Positions 8,546 through 18,054 of a stretch of 64,000 nucleotides of DNA are shown piece after piece; within the stretch, counting starts at the first letter, position 1, and every line of letters starts with the position of its first letter. The notes beneath the pieces were generated by a model. The model saw only the letters and a list, made by a program, of their open reading frames with translations. It was not told the origin of the DNA and did not search any database. The DNA lies in NCBI GenBank assembly GCA_965243135.1, contig OZ251539.1, positions 5,792,001 to 5,856,000 of the forward strand, in the 5' to 3' direction. The translations under genes and the position numbers were made by a program. Origin of the DNA: Alphaproteobacteria bacterium. Lineage in GTDB: Bacteria; Pseudomonadota; Alphaproteobacteria; MPNO01; UBA830.

Positions 8546-9547
8546 GTGACAAGCGTAAAGAATAGCTGGAACGATTTGATCGAAAAATTGAATCACATAA
8601 TCGAAAAAGGCTCTGAGAAACCAGGATATTTTCAGAAGGTACGTGGTTTGTTTGACGAAAGTCAGAAACTCGTTCTGTACGACGACTTGCGGCCATACGA
8701 AGTTAATCTGGTGCATTATACGACATGGAACAACGCTCTAAACATGTTCGACCCGAGCGTTGACGTCCCTATTATGAGAATGTACAACTACGAACAGTCC
8801 AACGATCCCGACGAAGGTCGAATCATTCCTTCGGAATGGAAAAAAGTGATAGATGAAGCGAATTGGATTGCCGATTACTCGGGATGCGGCAACATGTGGG
8901 AAAGAGGGCTTGAATTCGGAGGTAGTACATATGGTTGTTCGTTTTCCTCCGGTCCTTCCGGGGTTGAAGACGATCTGACGTATTGGCGACTATACGGCAA
9001 CGATGGCGACGGGTGCTCGCTCAAAATATCTTCGACCCACGATTTTCGAATTTACAAGGTGCGCTACCGAGACGAGAAAACTGGAACCGAGCAAGAAGAG
9101 GAGGATAGGCAAGTTGCCGAACGTTTGAGATCTCTTTTTCGAGTAGGTAAAATGACGGTTGAAAAATCCCCTGGCAAATATAAACCCGAAGTAGGCAAAG
9201 TGATCGCGGAAGGACTGCAAAAAATTATCTATGGATATTGCCACTTGATCAAGCATAAAGCCTATGCAGGCGAGGAGGAATGGCGCATGATTAATGTCAT
9301 GCCGAGGCCGGACGAAGTTCAATATGAGGTGACATCGGAGAATTTGGTGAAGAGATACGTCGAAGGGCCCGCTCTGCGTGATGTACTTGTTTCTTCTTCG
9401 TCCATTACCATTGGCCCTACCGTACCGAATCGAGGAGCTGCGCGAGCTTATGTCGAGCATTTGGTAAATAAAGTTCACAAAATGCGTAATGTGGACGTCA
9501 AAAACTCCGACAAGACTTATCGCTCGTCTCCGTTTCAAAGTTCGTAG
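8546..9547 (+). CDS. DUF2971 domain protein
   Basis: LVHYTT, DDLTYWRLYGNDGDGCSL, KHKAYAGEEEWR and ITIGP. AGGAGG RBS before GTG; visibly AT-richer than the host. Confidence 0.75.
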   Translation: MTSVKNSWNDLIEKLNHIIEKGSEKPGYFQKVRGLFDESQKLVLYDDLRPYEVNLVHYTTWNNALNMFDPSVDVPIMRMYNYEQSNDPDEGRIIPSEWKKVIDEANWIADYSGCGNMWERGLEFGGSTYGCSFSSGPSGVEDDLTYWRLYGNDGDGCSLKISSTHDFRIYKVRYRDEKTGTEQEEEDRQVAERLRSLFRVGKMTVEKSPGKYKPEVGKVIAEGLQKIIYGYCHLIKHKAYAGEEEWRMINVMPRPDEVQYEVTSENLVKRYVEGPALRDVLVSSSSITIGPTVPNRGAARAYVEHLVNKVHKMRNVDVKNSDKTYRSSPFQSS

Positions 9548-9713
9548 CCGCGGGGCGCGAAGAACTTTTCGCTGAACCGGATACCGCCGCCGCTGCGCCG
9601 CGTTCGGAATCGCTTCGCGAGCGGACCGGAAAATCCTGGAAATGGCGCTTCGCAGGGCGAGGCATATCGTCTTCGCGAAAATCAGGGATGATTTTTCCGG
9701 CGAACGACAACCT

Positions 9714-10043
9714 TCAGACGATTGGCGCGTCGAAAGCGTATCGGGAATGCGGATCCTCGATTTCGACGACCCAGAGATCGGGATCGAACTCCGCCTCGCG
9801 CGCGATGACCCGGTCGACCTTCGGCTCGTCCTCGGGGCCTCCGGCGCGACGCCACGCGGGCGCTCCGTCGATCGTCAGGCTGCGGGCGAAGACCTCGAAG
9901 CGGCCGTCGAGGAGGTTGCGCTTGATCAGAACCTGCCCCGAATCCGGATCGCCCCGGCGGGCGACCGCGGCCGGTATGAACGCCGCGTCGCACATTCTGA
10001 CCTGAGCGGCAACCCAGAGCGCGGTCTTGAGGCGAGGCTCCAT
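9714..10043 (-). CDS. DUF1491 family protein
   Basis: RLKTALWVAAQVR...RRGDPDSG...FDPDLWVVEIED. Confidence 0.85.
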   Translation of the reverse strand: MEPRLKTALWVAAQVRMCDAAFIPAAVARRGDPDSGQVLIKRNLLDGRFEVFARSLTIDGAPAWRRAGGPEDEPKVDRVIAREAEFDPDLWVVEIEDPHSRYAFDAPIV

Positions 10044-10117
10044 CGGGCGGACGGGCGGCCGGGCAGACGGCGGGCCGCTTTTGGGGAGTCGCGAGCCTGC
10101 CGCCGTCCGGACGTTCG

Positions 10118-11008
10118 TTACCGGGATTCCCTGCCGCCGAGAAAAGAGGCGTACACGCCGACGGACTCCTGCATCGTCCGGTTCCTGTCCATCGTTTCCC
10201 GGGTCTCGGCCGCGAACGGAGTCGCGTCGAGCAGGCGGTAGACTTCCGCCGCCCCCTTGTGGAAGCGCGGGGTCAACCCGACGCTTTCGTAGGTCGCGGC
10301 GATTTCTTCCATTTCGCCGATCCAGCGGCCCGCGTCCGCCGGCAGGGCCGGAACGCGCCGGGACATCCGGGCGAGCGCGTCCGGCTGGCTGTCAGCCCAT
10401 TCCGCTTCCATGACTTCGCGAATGCCGAGCGCTTCGGCCGCCGTATAAGCCGCGGTCAGAAGGGTGTCCGTGCCCTTGGTGATCGACGCGTAGATCATCT
10501 TGACGGCGGACGCGCGGCCGATTTCGTCGCCGAGTTGGCGGACGACCTTGCCGTTGCCGTCGAACGCGTTCATTGCGCTCGCGCAGGGCCCCGAGACGTA
10601 AAGGCGCGTCGCCTTCCCGCTTTTGAGCGGCGCCCAGCCGACGATGCCGCCGTCGATGTAGTCGGCTCCGGCCTTCGCCATAGCATCCGCGATCCGGAGC
10701 GACGTCGCCGGGGAGATCGCGTTCATGTCGGCATAGGCCGGCGCGCGGCCGGCCGTCCGCATGGCGGCCGCGGCGGCGTTCGCGAACCCTTCCGCCTGTT
10801 CGGGCGGCATGACGGAAAGTATCAGATCCGCTTCCGACGTCAGCGCTTCGAGGTCGGGAACGGTCCGGAAGCCCGCTCGTTCCGAGCGCATGCGCGTCTC
10901 GGAACTGCGGCCCGAGAGAACCGTGACGATATCGAAGCCCTGCCCCTTGATCGAGGCGCCGATGCCTTCCCCCATGTCTCCGGGGCTCATGATCGCCACC
11001 GTTTTCAT
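10118..11008 (-). CDS. NAD(P)-dependent oxidoreductase (6PGD-like, DUF1932)
   Basis: MSPGDMG Rossmann start, DMNAISP, ASAVKM.YASITKG and RWIGEMEEIA. Confidence 0.85.
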   Translation of the reverse strand: MKTVAIMSPGDMGEGIGASIKGQGFDIVTVLSGRSSETRMRSERAGFRTVPDLEALTSEADLILSVMPPEQAEGFANAAAAAMRTAGRAPAYADMNAISPATSLRIADAMAKAGADYIDGGIVGWAPLKSGKATRLYVSGPCASAMNAFDGNGKVVRQLGDEIGRASAVKMIYASITKGTDTLLTAAYTAAEALGIREVMEAEWADSQPDALARMSRRVPALPADAGRWIGEMEEIAATYESVGLTPRFHKGAAEVYRLLDATPFAAETRETMDRNRTMQESVGVYASFLGGRESR

Positions 11009-11669
11009 GCCGTTCTCCCGTCGCTTTCGGGAACGACACTAGCCGCTGATCGTCCGAACGGGCAAGGGACGGCCGACATCGGCGCGGGGAGCGGATAACT
11101 TCGGAGAGCGAAGGACGGGGTCTTCCGGCCTTGGACGCTTCGCTGCGGGATTTCGGCTTTCGAGTCCTGAGGACGGCGGGAGATCCTGTCGTTCCGCCGC
11201 TCGCTCTCGCTGCCGCGGAGGTTGCCGAAGGGTTCGCGTCGGCTGTCCGACGATCCATGCAGTGCGGTCCGCAACTTTCGAAGATCGCCGCTTTCGGGAT
11301 CTTGCGGAGGATTCCGGCCGCGAAACGGCTCCTGCGGCCCAGGCAGGTTGTCCGAATTTCGTTGCGTCCGTTCGATTCCCTCGCGCTTGGGACGGGAGTT
11401 TACCCGAGGTCGAGACTGCCGGCCGGCGTCGTTCGATTCCCGCGCGTCTGGAACGGGAACTGCGGCGGAAGCGGGCCTTCCAGCGCTCGGAGCGCTTCCG
11501 AAAAAGCGCCGCCGGCCTCGGCGCGGCCGGCGGGCTTCGCAGGGTTGCCGCTCTCCGCGCGGACGCCGCGTCCTGCATCTTCGGCGCGCTGAACTTCGCT
11601 CGCCGCCGACTTCCGGCGCCCGACGCGGCGCCGGCGCCCGAAGAACGGCGCCGACGTCGCGGGGAAACG

Positions 11670-13160
11670 TCACGAAAGCGGAAGGGCGACGAACAGGTCG
11701 CTGCCGCCCCTGCGCACGAGCAACAACAGCGGCTTCTTGTCGCCCGACGCCTTCAGCGCGTCCTCGACGGCCTCGGCCACTTCCGACGGAGCGTCCGGCT
11801 TCTCGCCCGAGATCTGGCGTATGACGTCGCCGGGACGCACGCCCTTGCCGGCCGCGACGCCGGACGGGTCGGTTTCGACGACGACGACGCCGTCGACGTC
11901 GTCCGCGAGGTCGAAACGCTCGCGAAGCGCCTCGTCGATCTTCGCCAGCGTCATTCCAAGCCGCGTTTTGACCTCGTCTTCCTTCTTCTCCGCCACGACG
12001 GTCGCCGTTTCCGGCATGTCGCCGATCTTGACCGCAATCTCGGTCTCGACGCGGTCGCGCAGGACCGTCAGCGCCGTCCTGGTGCCCGACGGTATATCCG
12101 CGATGATGCGCGGCAGCTCGCGCATCTTGCCGACGCGTTTGCCGTCGACCGCGACGATGACGTCGCCCTGCCGCAGGCCCGCCGCGGCCGCCGGGCTGTT
12201 CTCGGTCACGTTCGATACGAGCGCTCCTTCGGCCGTTTCGAGGCCGAGTCCGGAGGCGAGGTCTTCCGTGACGGTCTGAATGGCGACGCCCAGCCACCCG
12301 CGCGACACCTTGCCTGCAGCTTTCAACTGCTCGACGATTCGCTGCGCCATGTCCGACGGGACGGCGAAGCCGACGCCCGCGTTGGTTCCCGTGGGCGACA
12401 TGATCGCGGTGTTCACGCCGATCACCTCGCCTTCGAGATTGAAGGCCGGTCCGCCGGAGTTCCCGCGATTGATGGACGCGTCTATCTGCAGGAAGTTGTC
12501 GTAGGGACCGCTGCCGATGTCGCGGCTGCGGGCCGACACGATGCCTACCGTCGCCGTTTGCCGGAGGCCGAACGGGCTGCCGATCGCGATCACCCAGTCC
12601 CCGACCCGCGTGCCTGCCGAGGAGCCGAAGCGCACGTGCGGCAGGGTCCGGTCGGCGTCCACCTTGAGAAGGGCGAGGTCGGTCTTGGGATCGCGCCCGA
12701 TCAGCGTCGCCTCGAAGACTTCGCCGTCGCTCAGCACCACCTCGATCTTGCTGGCTTCGTCGACGACGTGGTTGTTGGTGACCGCATGGCCGTCGGCATC
12801 GATGAAGAAGCCGGAGCCCATGCCGCTCACGCGCGGCTCCGACCATCCCTCGCGGCGCTCGAAGAAGCGTCTGGCGAAGTCTTCTCCGAAAAAGCGCTTG
12901 AGCGAGTCCGGCAGGTCGGGAAGCGAGGCGGAGGCGTTTTCGGCGGTCTGCCTGGTCACGCGGATGGAAACCACCGCCGGACCGACGCGTTCGACGATAT
13001 CCGCGAGACTGGCCGGCAGCTGGCGCGGCGACGAGACCGGCGAAGTCGGCGAGGCCGCGAGCTGTCCGCTCGACAGCACGCCGCCCGCGGCTCCGACCGC
13101 CGCGACTGCGACGAGTGCCGCGACTGCGGCCGCGGCTCTGAGTTTGGACTTGTGCGACAT
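11670..13160 (-). CDS. Do/DegP (HtrA) family serine endoprotease with two PDZ domains
   Basis: Signal peptide, GSGF, TNNHVV, TDLALLKV, QIDASINRGNSGGP and RGWLGV. Confidence 0.93.
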   Translation of the reverse strand: MSHKSKLRAAAAVAALVAVAAVGAAGGVLSSGQLAASPTSPVSSPRQLPASLADIVERVGPAVVSIRVTRQTAENASASLPDLPDSLKRFFGEDFARRFFERREGWSEPRVSGMGSGFFIDADGHAVTNNHVVDEASKIEVVLSDGEVFEATLIGRDPKTDLALLKVDADRTLPHVRFGSSAGTRVGDWVIAIGSPFGLRQTATVGIVSARSRDIGSGPYDNFLQIDASINRGNSGGPAFNLEGEVIGVNTAIMSPTGTNAGVGFAVPSDMAQRIVEQLKAAGKVSRGWLGVAIQTVTEDLASGLGLETAEGALVSNVTENSPAAAAGLRQGDVIVAVDGKRVGKMRELPRIIADIPSGTRTALTVLRDRVETEIAVKIGDMPETATVVAEKKEDEVKTRLGMTLAKIDEALRERFDLADDVDGVVVVETDPSGVAAGKGVRPGDVIRQISGEKPDAPSEVAEAVEDALKASGDKKPLLLLVRRGGSDLFVALPLS

Positions 13161-13379
13161 TGAAACCTCCATTTGTCGGGAATTCCCGGTGAAGATAGGT
13201 CGCTCCGGCTTACCGCATCCTGTCCGGGAGATTAAAAATTCGTAATCTTTTGGAGACGCGTGGAGAGGCGCGCGGGAGTTCCCGCCGACCTCTTGCAGGG
13301 GACGCGCGTCACGCGCTTTCCCGCGTTGCCGGAACGTGCTAACAGTCCGCGCGAAAGAACCGACCAGAGGAGGATCGAG

Positions 13380-14624
13380 ATGAGACTTTCCAGGTGGATC
13401 AAGGGACCGCTCGTCGCGGCGGCCGTGGGAGCTGCGCTCGTTTCGCCGGCGCAGGCTCAGGACAACATCAAGATCGGTTTCGGCATGGCGCTGACCGGCG
13501 GCCTCGCGGGAGCGGGCAAGGCGGCGTTGATCGCCATGCAGATTTGGGCGGACGACGTCAACGCCAAGGGCGGCATTCTCGGACGCAAGGTCGAACTCAA
13601 GTACTACGACGACCAGACGAACCCCGCGACCGTTCCCGGCATCTACACGAAGCTGCTCGACGTCGACGAGGTCGACTTCGTGGTGTCGGGCTACGGCACC
13701 AACCTGATCGCGCCGGCGATGCCGATCGTGATGCAGCGCGGGCTCGTCTTCCCGGCCCTGTTCGGCCTGGCGGTGAACGAGAAGTTCAACTATTCGAACT
13801 ACTTCCAGATCATGCCTGCCGGTCCGAAGCCGCTGACCGACTGGTCGCGCGGCTTCTTCGAGATCGCCATGCAGCAGAATCCCAAGCCGAAGACCATCGC
13901 GCTCGTCGGCGCCGACGCGGAATTCGCGCGCAACGCCGTCAAGGGAGCCCGGCTGCACGCGAAGCGCATCGGCCTCGAAATCGTCTACGATCAGACCTAT
14001 CCGCCGCGGACGCCGGACTACACGCCGATCGTGCGCGCTATCCAGGCGCGCAATCCCGACATCGTTTATGTCGGTTCCTATCCGCCGGATTCGGTTGGGA
14101 TGGTCAAGGCGGCGACGGAAATCGGCCTCAAGGCCAAGATGTTCGGCGGCGGCATGGTGGGGCTGCAGTACGCCTCGATCATGACGGCCCTGGGCGCGAA
14201 GCTGAACGGCATCGTCAACTACGATTTCTGGGTGCCGGAGCCGACGCTCAAGTTCGAGGGCGTCGAGGCCTTCCTCGCCAAGTACCAGAAGGCGGCCGAA
14301 GGCAAGGGCGTCGATCCGCTCGGATACTACCTGCCGCCGTACGCGTACGCCTATCTGCAGTTGCTCGACCAGGCGATAACCGCGACCAAGAGCACGGACC
14401 ACGCGAAGGTCGGCGAGTACATGCGCAAGGCGACCTTCGATACGGTCGTGGGCAAGGTGAAGTTCGCCGGCAACGGCGAGTGGGCGAAGACTCGCGCGCT
14501 GATGGTCCAGTACCAGGGCATCAAGGACAGCAAGCTCGAAACCTTCACCAAGACGGGAACGCGGGTCGTTCTCTATCCCACCGAATGGAAGTCGGGCGAC
14601 GTGAACTATCCCTACGCCAAGTAG
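13380..14624 (+). CDS. Branched-chain amino acid-type ABC transporter substrate-binding protein
   Basis: Signal peptide, IKIGFGMALTG and VNAKGGILGRKVEL.YYDDQ. Confidence 0.9.
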   Translation: MRLSRWIKGPLVAAAVGAALVSPAQAQDNIKIGFGMALTGGLAGAGKAALIAMQIWADDVNAKGGILGRKVELKYYDDQTNPATVPGIYTKLLDVDEVDFVVSGYGTNLIAPAMPIVMQRGLVFPALFGLAVNEKFNYSNYFQIMPAGPKPLTDWSRGFFEIAMQQNPKPKTIALVGADAEFARNAVKGARLHAKRIGLEIVYDQTYPPRTPDYTPIVRAIQARNPDIVYVGSYPPDSVGMVKAATEIGLKAKMFGGGMVGLQYASIMTALGAKLNGIVNYDFWVPEPTLKFEGVEAFLAKYQKAAEGKGVDPLGYYLPPYAYAYLQLLDQAITATKSTDHAKVGEYMRKATFDTVVGKVKFAGNGEWAKTRALMVQYQGIKDSKLETFTKTGTRVVLYPTEWKSGDVNYPYAK

Positions 14625-14650
14625 GCGCGCCTCGGAAACGCGGGCGCCGA

Positions 14651-14687
14651 CTCCCGCCCGGACGGTCTTTCGCCGTCCGGGCGGGAG
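14651..14687 (+). terminator. Perfect 15-bp stem hairpin between binding-protein and permease genes (mRNA stabiliser or attenuator)
   Basis: ctcccgcccggacgg-tctttcg-ccgtccgggcgggag; no U tract. Confidence 0.6.
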
Positions 14688-14705
14688 GCCAGCCGGGAAC
14701 AGCTT

Positions 14706-15578
14706 GTGTTTAGCTTCGAACTTCTGCTGAACGCCATCGTCATCGGCGTTCTGCTGGGCGGCTTCTACGCCGCCGTCAGCCTCGGACTGACGGTCGCGTT
14801 CGGCCAGCTCGACATCGTCAACATCTCCCACCCCGCCTTCGTCATTCTGGGATCGTACATCGCCTACATGTGCAACAGCCTGTGGGGTCTCGATCCGGTC
14901 CTCGTCGGGATCGCCTTCGCGCCGGTGTTCTATTTCGTCGGCGTCGGAGTCTACCGGATCTACTTCGAGAGCTTCGAAAGAAAGGGCGACGAGGCGCTGC
15001 GCGGGCTCGCCTTCTTCTTCGGGGTCATGTTCATCATCGAGGTCGGGCTGATCATCGCCTACGGCGTCGATTTCCGCACGGTGCAGGCGGGCTATATCGG
15101 CCAGAACTGGAAAATCGGGCCTGTCGGCATCCCGACCCGCATGTTCGTGCCGTTCTGCGTCGCGATCGCGATGTTCGCGGCCGTTTACGTCTACATGTCG
15201 CGCACGTTCAACGGCCGGGCGATCATGGCCGTCGCCCAGGATCGGCTGGCGCTGCAGTTGATGGCGGCGGACCCGGTGCGCATCAAGCAGCTCGGCTTCG
15301 GCATCGGCATCGCCACGACCTCGGTTGCCGGCGCGCTGCTGATCATCATCATTCCCATCGAGCCGTCGATCGGCCGCCTGTACATCGGCCAGGTCTTCGC
15401 GATCGCCGTTCTCGCCGGGCTCGGATCGATTCCGGGCACCCTGGTCGCCGCGTTGATCCTCGGCATCGTCGAGAGTTTCGTCTCGACCTTCTACGGCCCC
15501 TCCTGGGCGCCGGCGGTCGCCTTCGGCATTCTGCTGCTGGCGCTCGCCTTCCGGCCGCAAGGGCTGTTCGGACGATGA
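14706..15578 (+). CDS. ABC transporter permease (LivH-like)
   Basis: Hydrophobic; LGLTVAFG..DIVNISH, GRAIMAVAQD and FRPQGLFG. Confidence 0.9.
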   Translation: MFSFELLLNAIVIGVLLGGFYAAVSLGLTVAFGQLDIVNISHPAFVILGSYIAYMCNSLWGLDPVLVGIAFAPVFYFVGVGVYRIYFESFERKGDEALRGLAFFFGVMFIIEVGLIIAYGVDFRTVQAGYIGQNWKIGPVGIPTRMFVPFCVAIAMFAAVYVYMSRTFNGRAIMAVAQDRLALQLMAADPVRIKQLGFGIGIATTSVAGALLIIIIPIEPSIGRLYIGQVFAIAVLAGLGSIPGTLVAALILGIVESFVSTFYGPSWAPAVAFGILLLALAFRPQGLFGR

Positions 15579-16528
15579 CGGCGCTGAAGTCGTTCTGGCT
15601 CTGGGCCGTCGTGATCGTCGCGCTCGGCGCGGCGATGACGCTTTTCGACGTGGTCGCGATCAACAAGTTCCTTTATTTCGCGGGTTACGTGGTGCTGCAG
15701 TACGTGGTGCTGGCGACCGCGTGGAACATCATGGGCGGCTACATGGGATACGTGAACTTCGGTTCGGCCGGGTTCTTCGCCATCGGCGCCTATACGTCGG
15801 TGGTCCTGTACAAGCTGGTGCAGGCGCCGCTGCTCGTCATGATACCGGTCGCGGGCGTCGTCTGCGGCCTGATCGGCCTCGGGACCGGCTACCTGACGCT
15901 CCGGCTGCGCGGCGTGTTCTTCGCGATCGCGACGCTGGCGCTGGCCGTCGTGCTCGAGACGCTGATGACGAACTGGGAGTACGTCGGCGGCGCGGCCGGG
16001 GCCTACGTCCTGCGGCCGCGCGAAATCGCGCCGTTCGGCGATTACGTCGAGTACCTGTTTTTCATGATGCTGGTCCTGGCGGTGTTCGCCGTCGCCGTCG
16101 CGCGCTGGATCGAGAACTCGAAGATCGGGCGCGGCTTCGCGGCCATCCGCGACGACGAGCTCGCGGCCGAGTGTTCGGGCGTGCCGACGTTGCGGCTCAA
16201 GCTGATTTCGACCACCGTGTCCGGATTCCTGATGGGGGTCGCGGGCGCGCCGTTCGCCCTCTACGTCAGCTTCATCGAACCGGTCTCCGCCTTCAACCTG
16301 ATATACGCCGTCAACGCCATCGCGATGCCGATGATCGGCGGCGCGACGACGTGGATCGGGCCGGTGATCGGCGCGTTGCTGCTCGGTTCGGCCCAGCAAG
16401 TCGCCACCGTCACGATCTCTTCGGAACTCAATCTTCTCATCGTCGGCGTGTTGCTGGTGTTTTTCGTCATCGCCGCGCCCGACGGCATCGTCGGGCTGGT
16501 GCGCAAATGGCGGGGAGGCGGCAAATGA
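15575..16528 (+). CDS. ABC transporter permease (LivM-like)
   Basis: WNIMGGYMGYVNFG, LRLRGVFFAIATLA and AIRDDELAA; ATGA overlap with the upstream gene. Confidence 0.9.
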   Translation: MTALKSFWLWAVVIVALGAAMTLFDVVAINKFLYFAGYVVLQYVVLATAWNIMGGYMGYVNFGSAGFFAIGAYTSVVLYKLVQAPLLVMIPVAGVVCGLIGLGTGYLTLRLRGVFFAIATLALAVVLETLMTNWEYVGGAAGAYVLRPREIAPFGDYVEYLFFMMLVLAVFAVAVARWIENSKIGRGFAAIRDDELAAECSGVPTLRLKLISTTVSGFLMGVAGAPFALYVSFIEPVSAFNLIYAVNAIAMPMIGGATTWIGPVIGALLLGSAQQVATVTISSELNLLIVGVLLVFFVIAAPDGIVGLVRKWRGGGK

Positions 16529-17247
16529 GCGGGGAGCGCCTTCTCGACGCCCGCGCCGTCGTCAAGCGATTCGGGGGGTTCACGGCCCTCGACGGCGTCG
16601 ATCTCCACGTGAACGAGGGGGAGCGTTTCGGGCTGATCGGTCCCAACGGGTCCGGAAAGACGACGATGATCAACTGCATCTCCGGCGCGCTGGCGAACGA
16701 GGGCGGCGAAATCCTGTTCAAGGGCCGCAAGCTGGACGGGATGAAGCCGCACGAGCGGACCCGCATCGGCATCTGCCGGTCTTTCCAGATTCCGAAGCCG
16801 TTTTCGTCGATGACGGTGCGCGAGAACCTGGAGATTCCGCTCGAATACGCGACCGGAACGGAGCGCGGGCGCATCCGCGGCCGCGCGGCGGAGATACTGG
16901 AGACCATCGGCCTCGCCGATCTCGCCGAGGTCGGTTCCGGCAGTCTCACGCAGATCGACATGCGCAAGCTGGAACTGGCCCGCGCGATGGCGGCCGAGCC
17001 GAAACTGCTGATTTCCGACGAGGCGATGGCGGGCCTGTCCGCGGCCGAGGTCGACGACATCCTGGAAATTCTGTTCCGCCTCAACCGGCAGGGCATCACG
17101 ATCATCATGATCGAGCACATCATGAGGGCCGTCATGCGGTTCTCGGAACGCATCGCGGTGCTCGACGCGGGGCGCAAGATCGCCGAGGGCACGCCGGACG
17201 AGATCGTCAACAATCCCGAAGTCGAGAAGGCTTATCTCGGTGAGTAG
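16525..17247 (+). CDS. ABC transporter ATP-binding protein (LivG-like)
   Basis: KRFGGFTAL, GPNGSGKTT, IEHIM and AYLG. Confidence 0.92.
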   Translation: MSGERLLDARAVVKRFGGFTALDGVDLHVNEGERFGLIGPNGSGKTTMINCISGALANEGGEILFKGRKLDGMKPHERTRIGICRSFQIPKPFSSMTVRENLEIPLEYATGTERGRIRGRAAEILETIGLADLAEVGSGSLTQIDMRKLELARAMAAEPKLLISDEAMAGLSAAEVDDILEILFRLNRQGITIIMIEHIMRAVMRFSERIAVLDAGRKIAEGTPDEIVNNPEVEKAYLGE

Positions 17248-17968
17248 GATCGTCATCGACAACGTCGAAGCCGGTTACGGCTCCGTCCGCGTTCTCCACG
17301 GCGTGTCGATTTCCGTCGATTCCGGCGAGACGGTGGCGCTGCTCGGCACCAACGGCAACGGCAAGTCGACGCTGATCAAATGCATCATGGGGATCGTCGA
17401 GCCGGCCTCGGGTTCGATCACGGCGGATTTCGGGGAGGGCGAGACGAGTCTGGTCGGCAGGTCGCCGCAGGAGATCGTCGATCTCGGCATCGCGCTGGTT
17501 CCCGAGGGACGGCGCCTCTTCCCGCGGCTCACCGTGGAGGAGAATCTCATGCTGGGCGCTTTCCGCGACAAGGCGCGCAAGCGGATCGCGGCGAATCTCG
17601 AATTCTCGTTCGAGGCGTTTCCGGTGCTGGCCGAGCGCCGCCGCCAGCTCGCCGGGTCGATGTCGGGAGGGGAGCAGCAGATGCTGGCCGTCGCGCGCGC
17701 CCTGATGTCGGAACCGCGCATCCTGCTCGTCGACGAGCCCTCGGTCGGGCTTGCGCCGATTCTCGTCAGCCGAATGATCGCCAAGATCAGGGAGCTCAAG
17801 GAGCAGCGGAACCTGACGGTGCTGATGGCCGAGCAGAACTTCAACCAGGCGATCAAGATCGCCGACCGAGGCTACATCATCGTGCACGGCGAGATCGCGT
17901 TTTCGGCGCCGACCGCCAAGGAGCTGGCGGAGAACGAAATGGTGAAGGAGTACTATCTCGGGGCGTAG
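17240..17968 (+). CDS. ABC transporter ATP-binding protein (LivF-like)
   Basis: GTNGNGKST, VPEGRRLFP, MSGGEQQM and DEPSVGLAP. Confidence 0.92.
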   Translation: MSRIVIDNVEAGYGSVRVLHGVSISVDSGETVALLGTNGNGKSTLIKCIMGIVEPASGSITADFGEGETSLVGRSPQEIVDLGIALVPEGRRLFPRLTVEENLMLGAFRDKARKRIAANLEFSFEAFPVLAERRRQLAGSMSGGEQQMLAVARALMSEPRILLVDEPSVGLAPILVSRMIAKIRELKEQRNLTVLMAEQNFNQAIKIADRGYIIVHGEIAFSAPTAKELAENEMVKEYYLGA

Positions 17969-18054
17969 CGCCGCCTCGGGGCGCGGCGGAGGTCGAAAAG
18001 GCCCGGCCGGCCGCGCGCATGGCGGCGTTTCGTGAGGGCGGGCCGCAGCCTGCG

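Noticed and set aside
9628-9665. Weak similarity to 61533-61570 (gaaaatcc..ggaaat...cgcaggg.gaggc)
   Set aside because: Too short and gapped to distinguish from chance without a statistical search.
11670-15560. 1296-aa minus-strand ORF suggesting a giant HtrA fusion
   Set aside because: The first ~800 aa are the antisense shadow of the ABC operon. The real protease starts at 13160 with a signal peptide and RBS.
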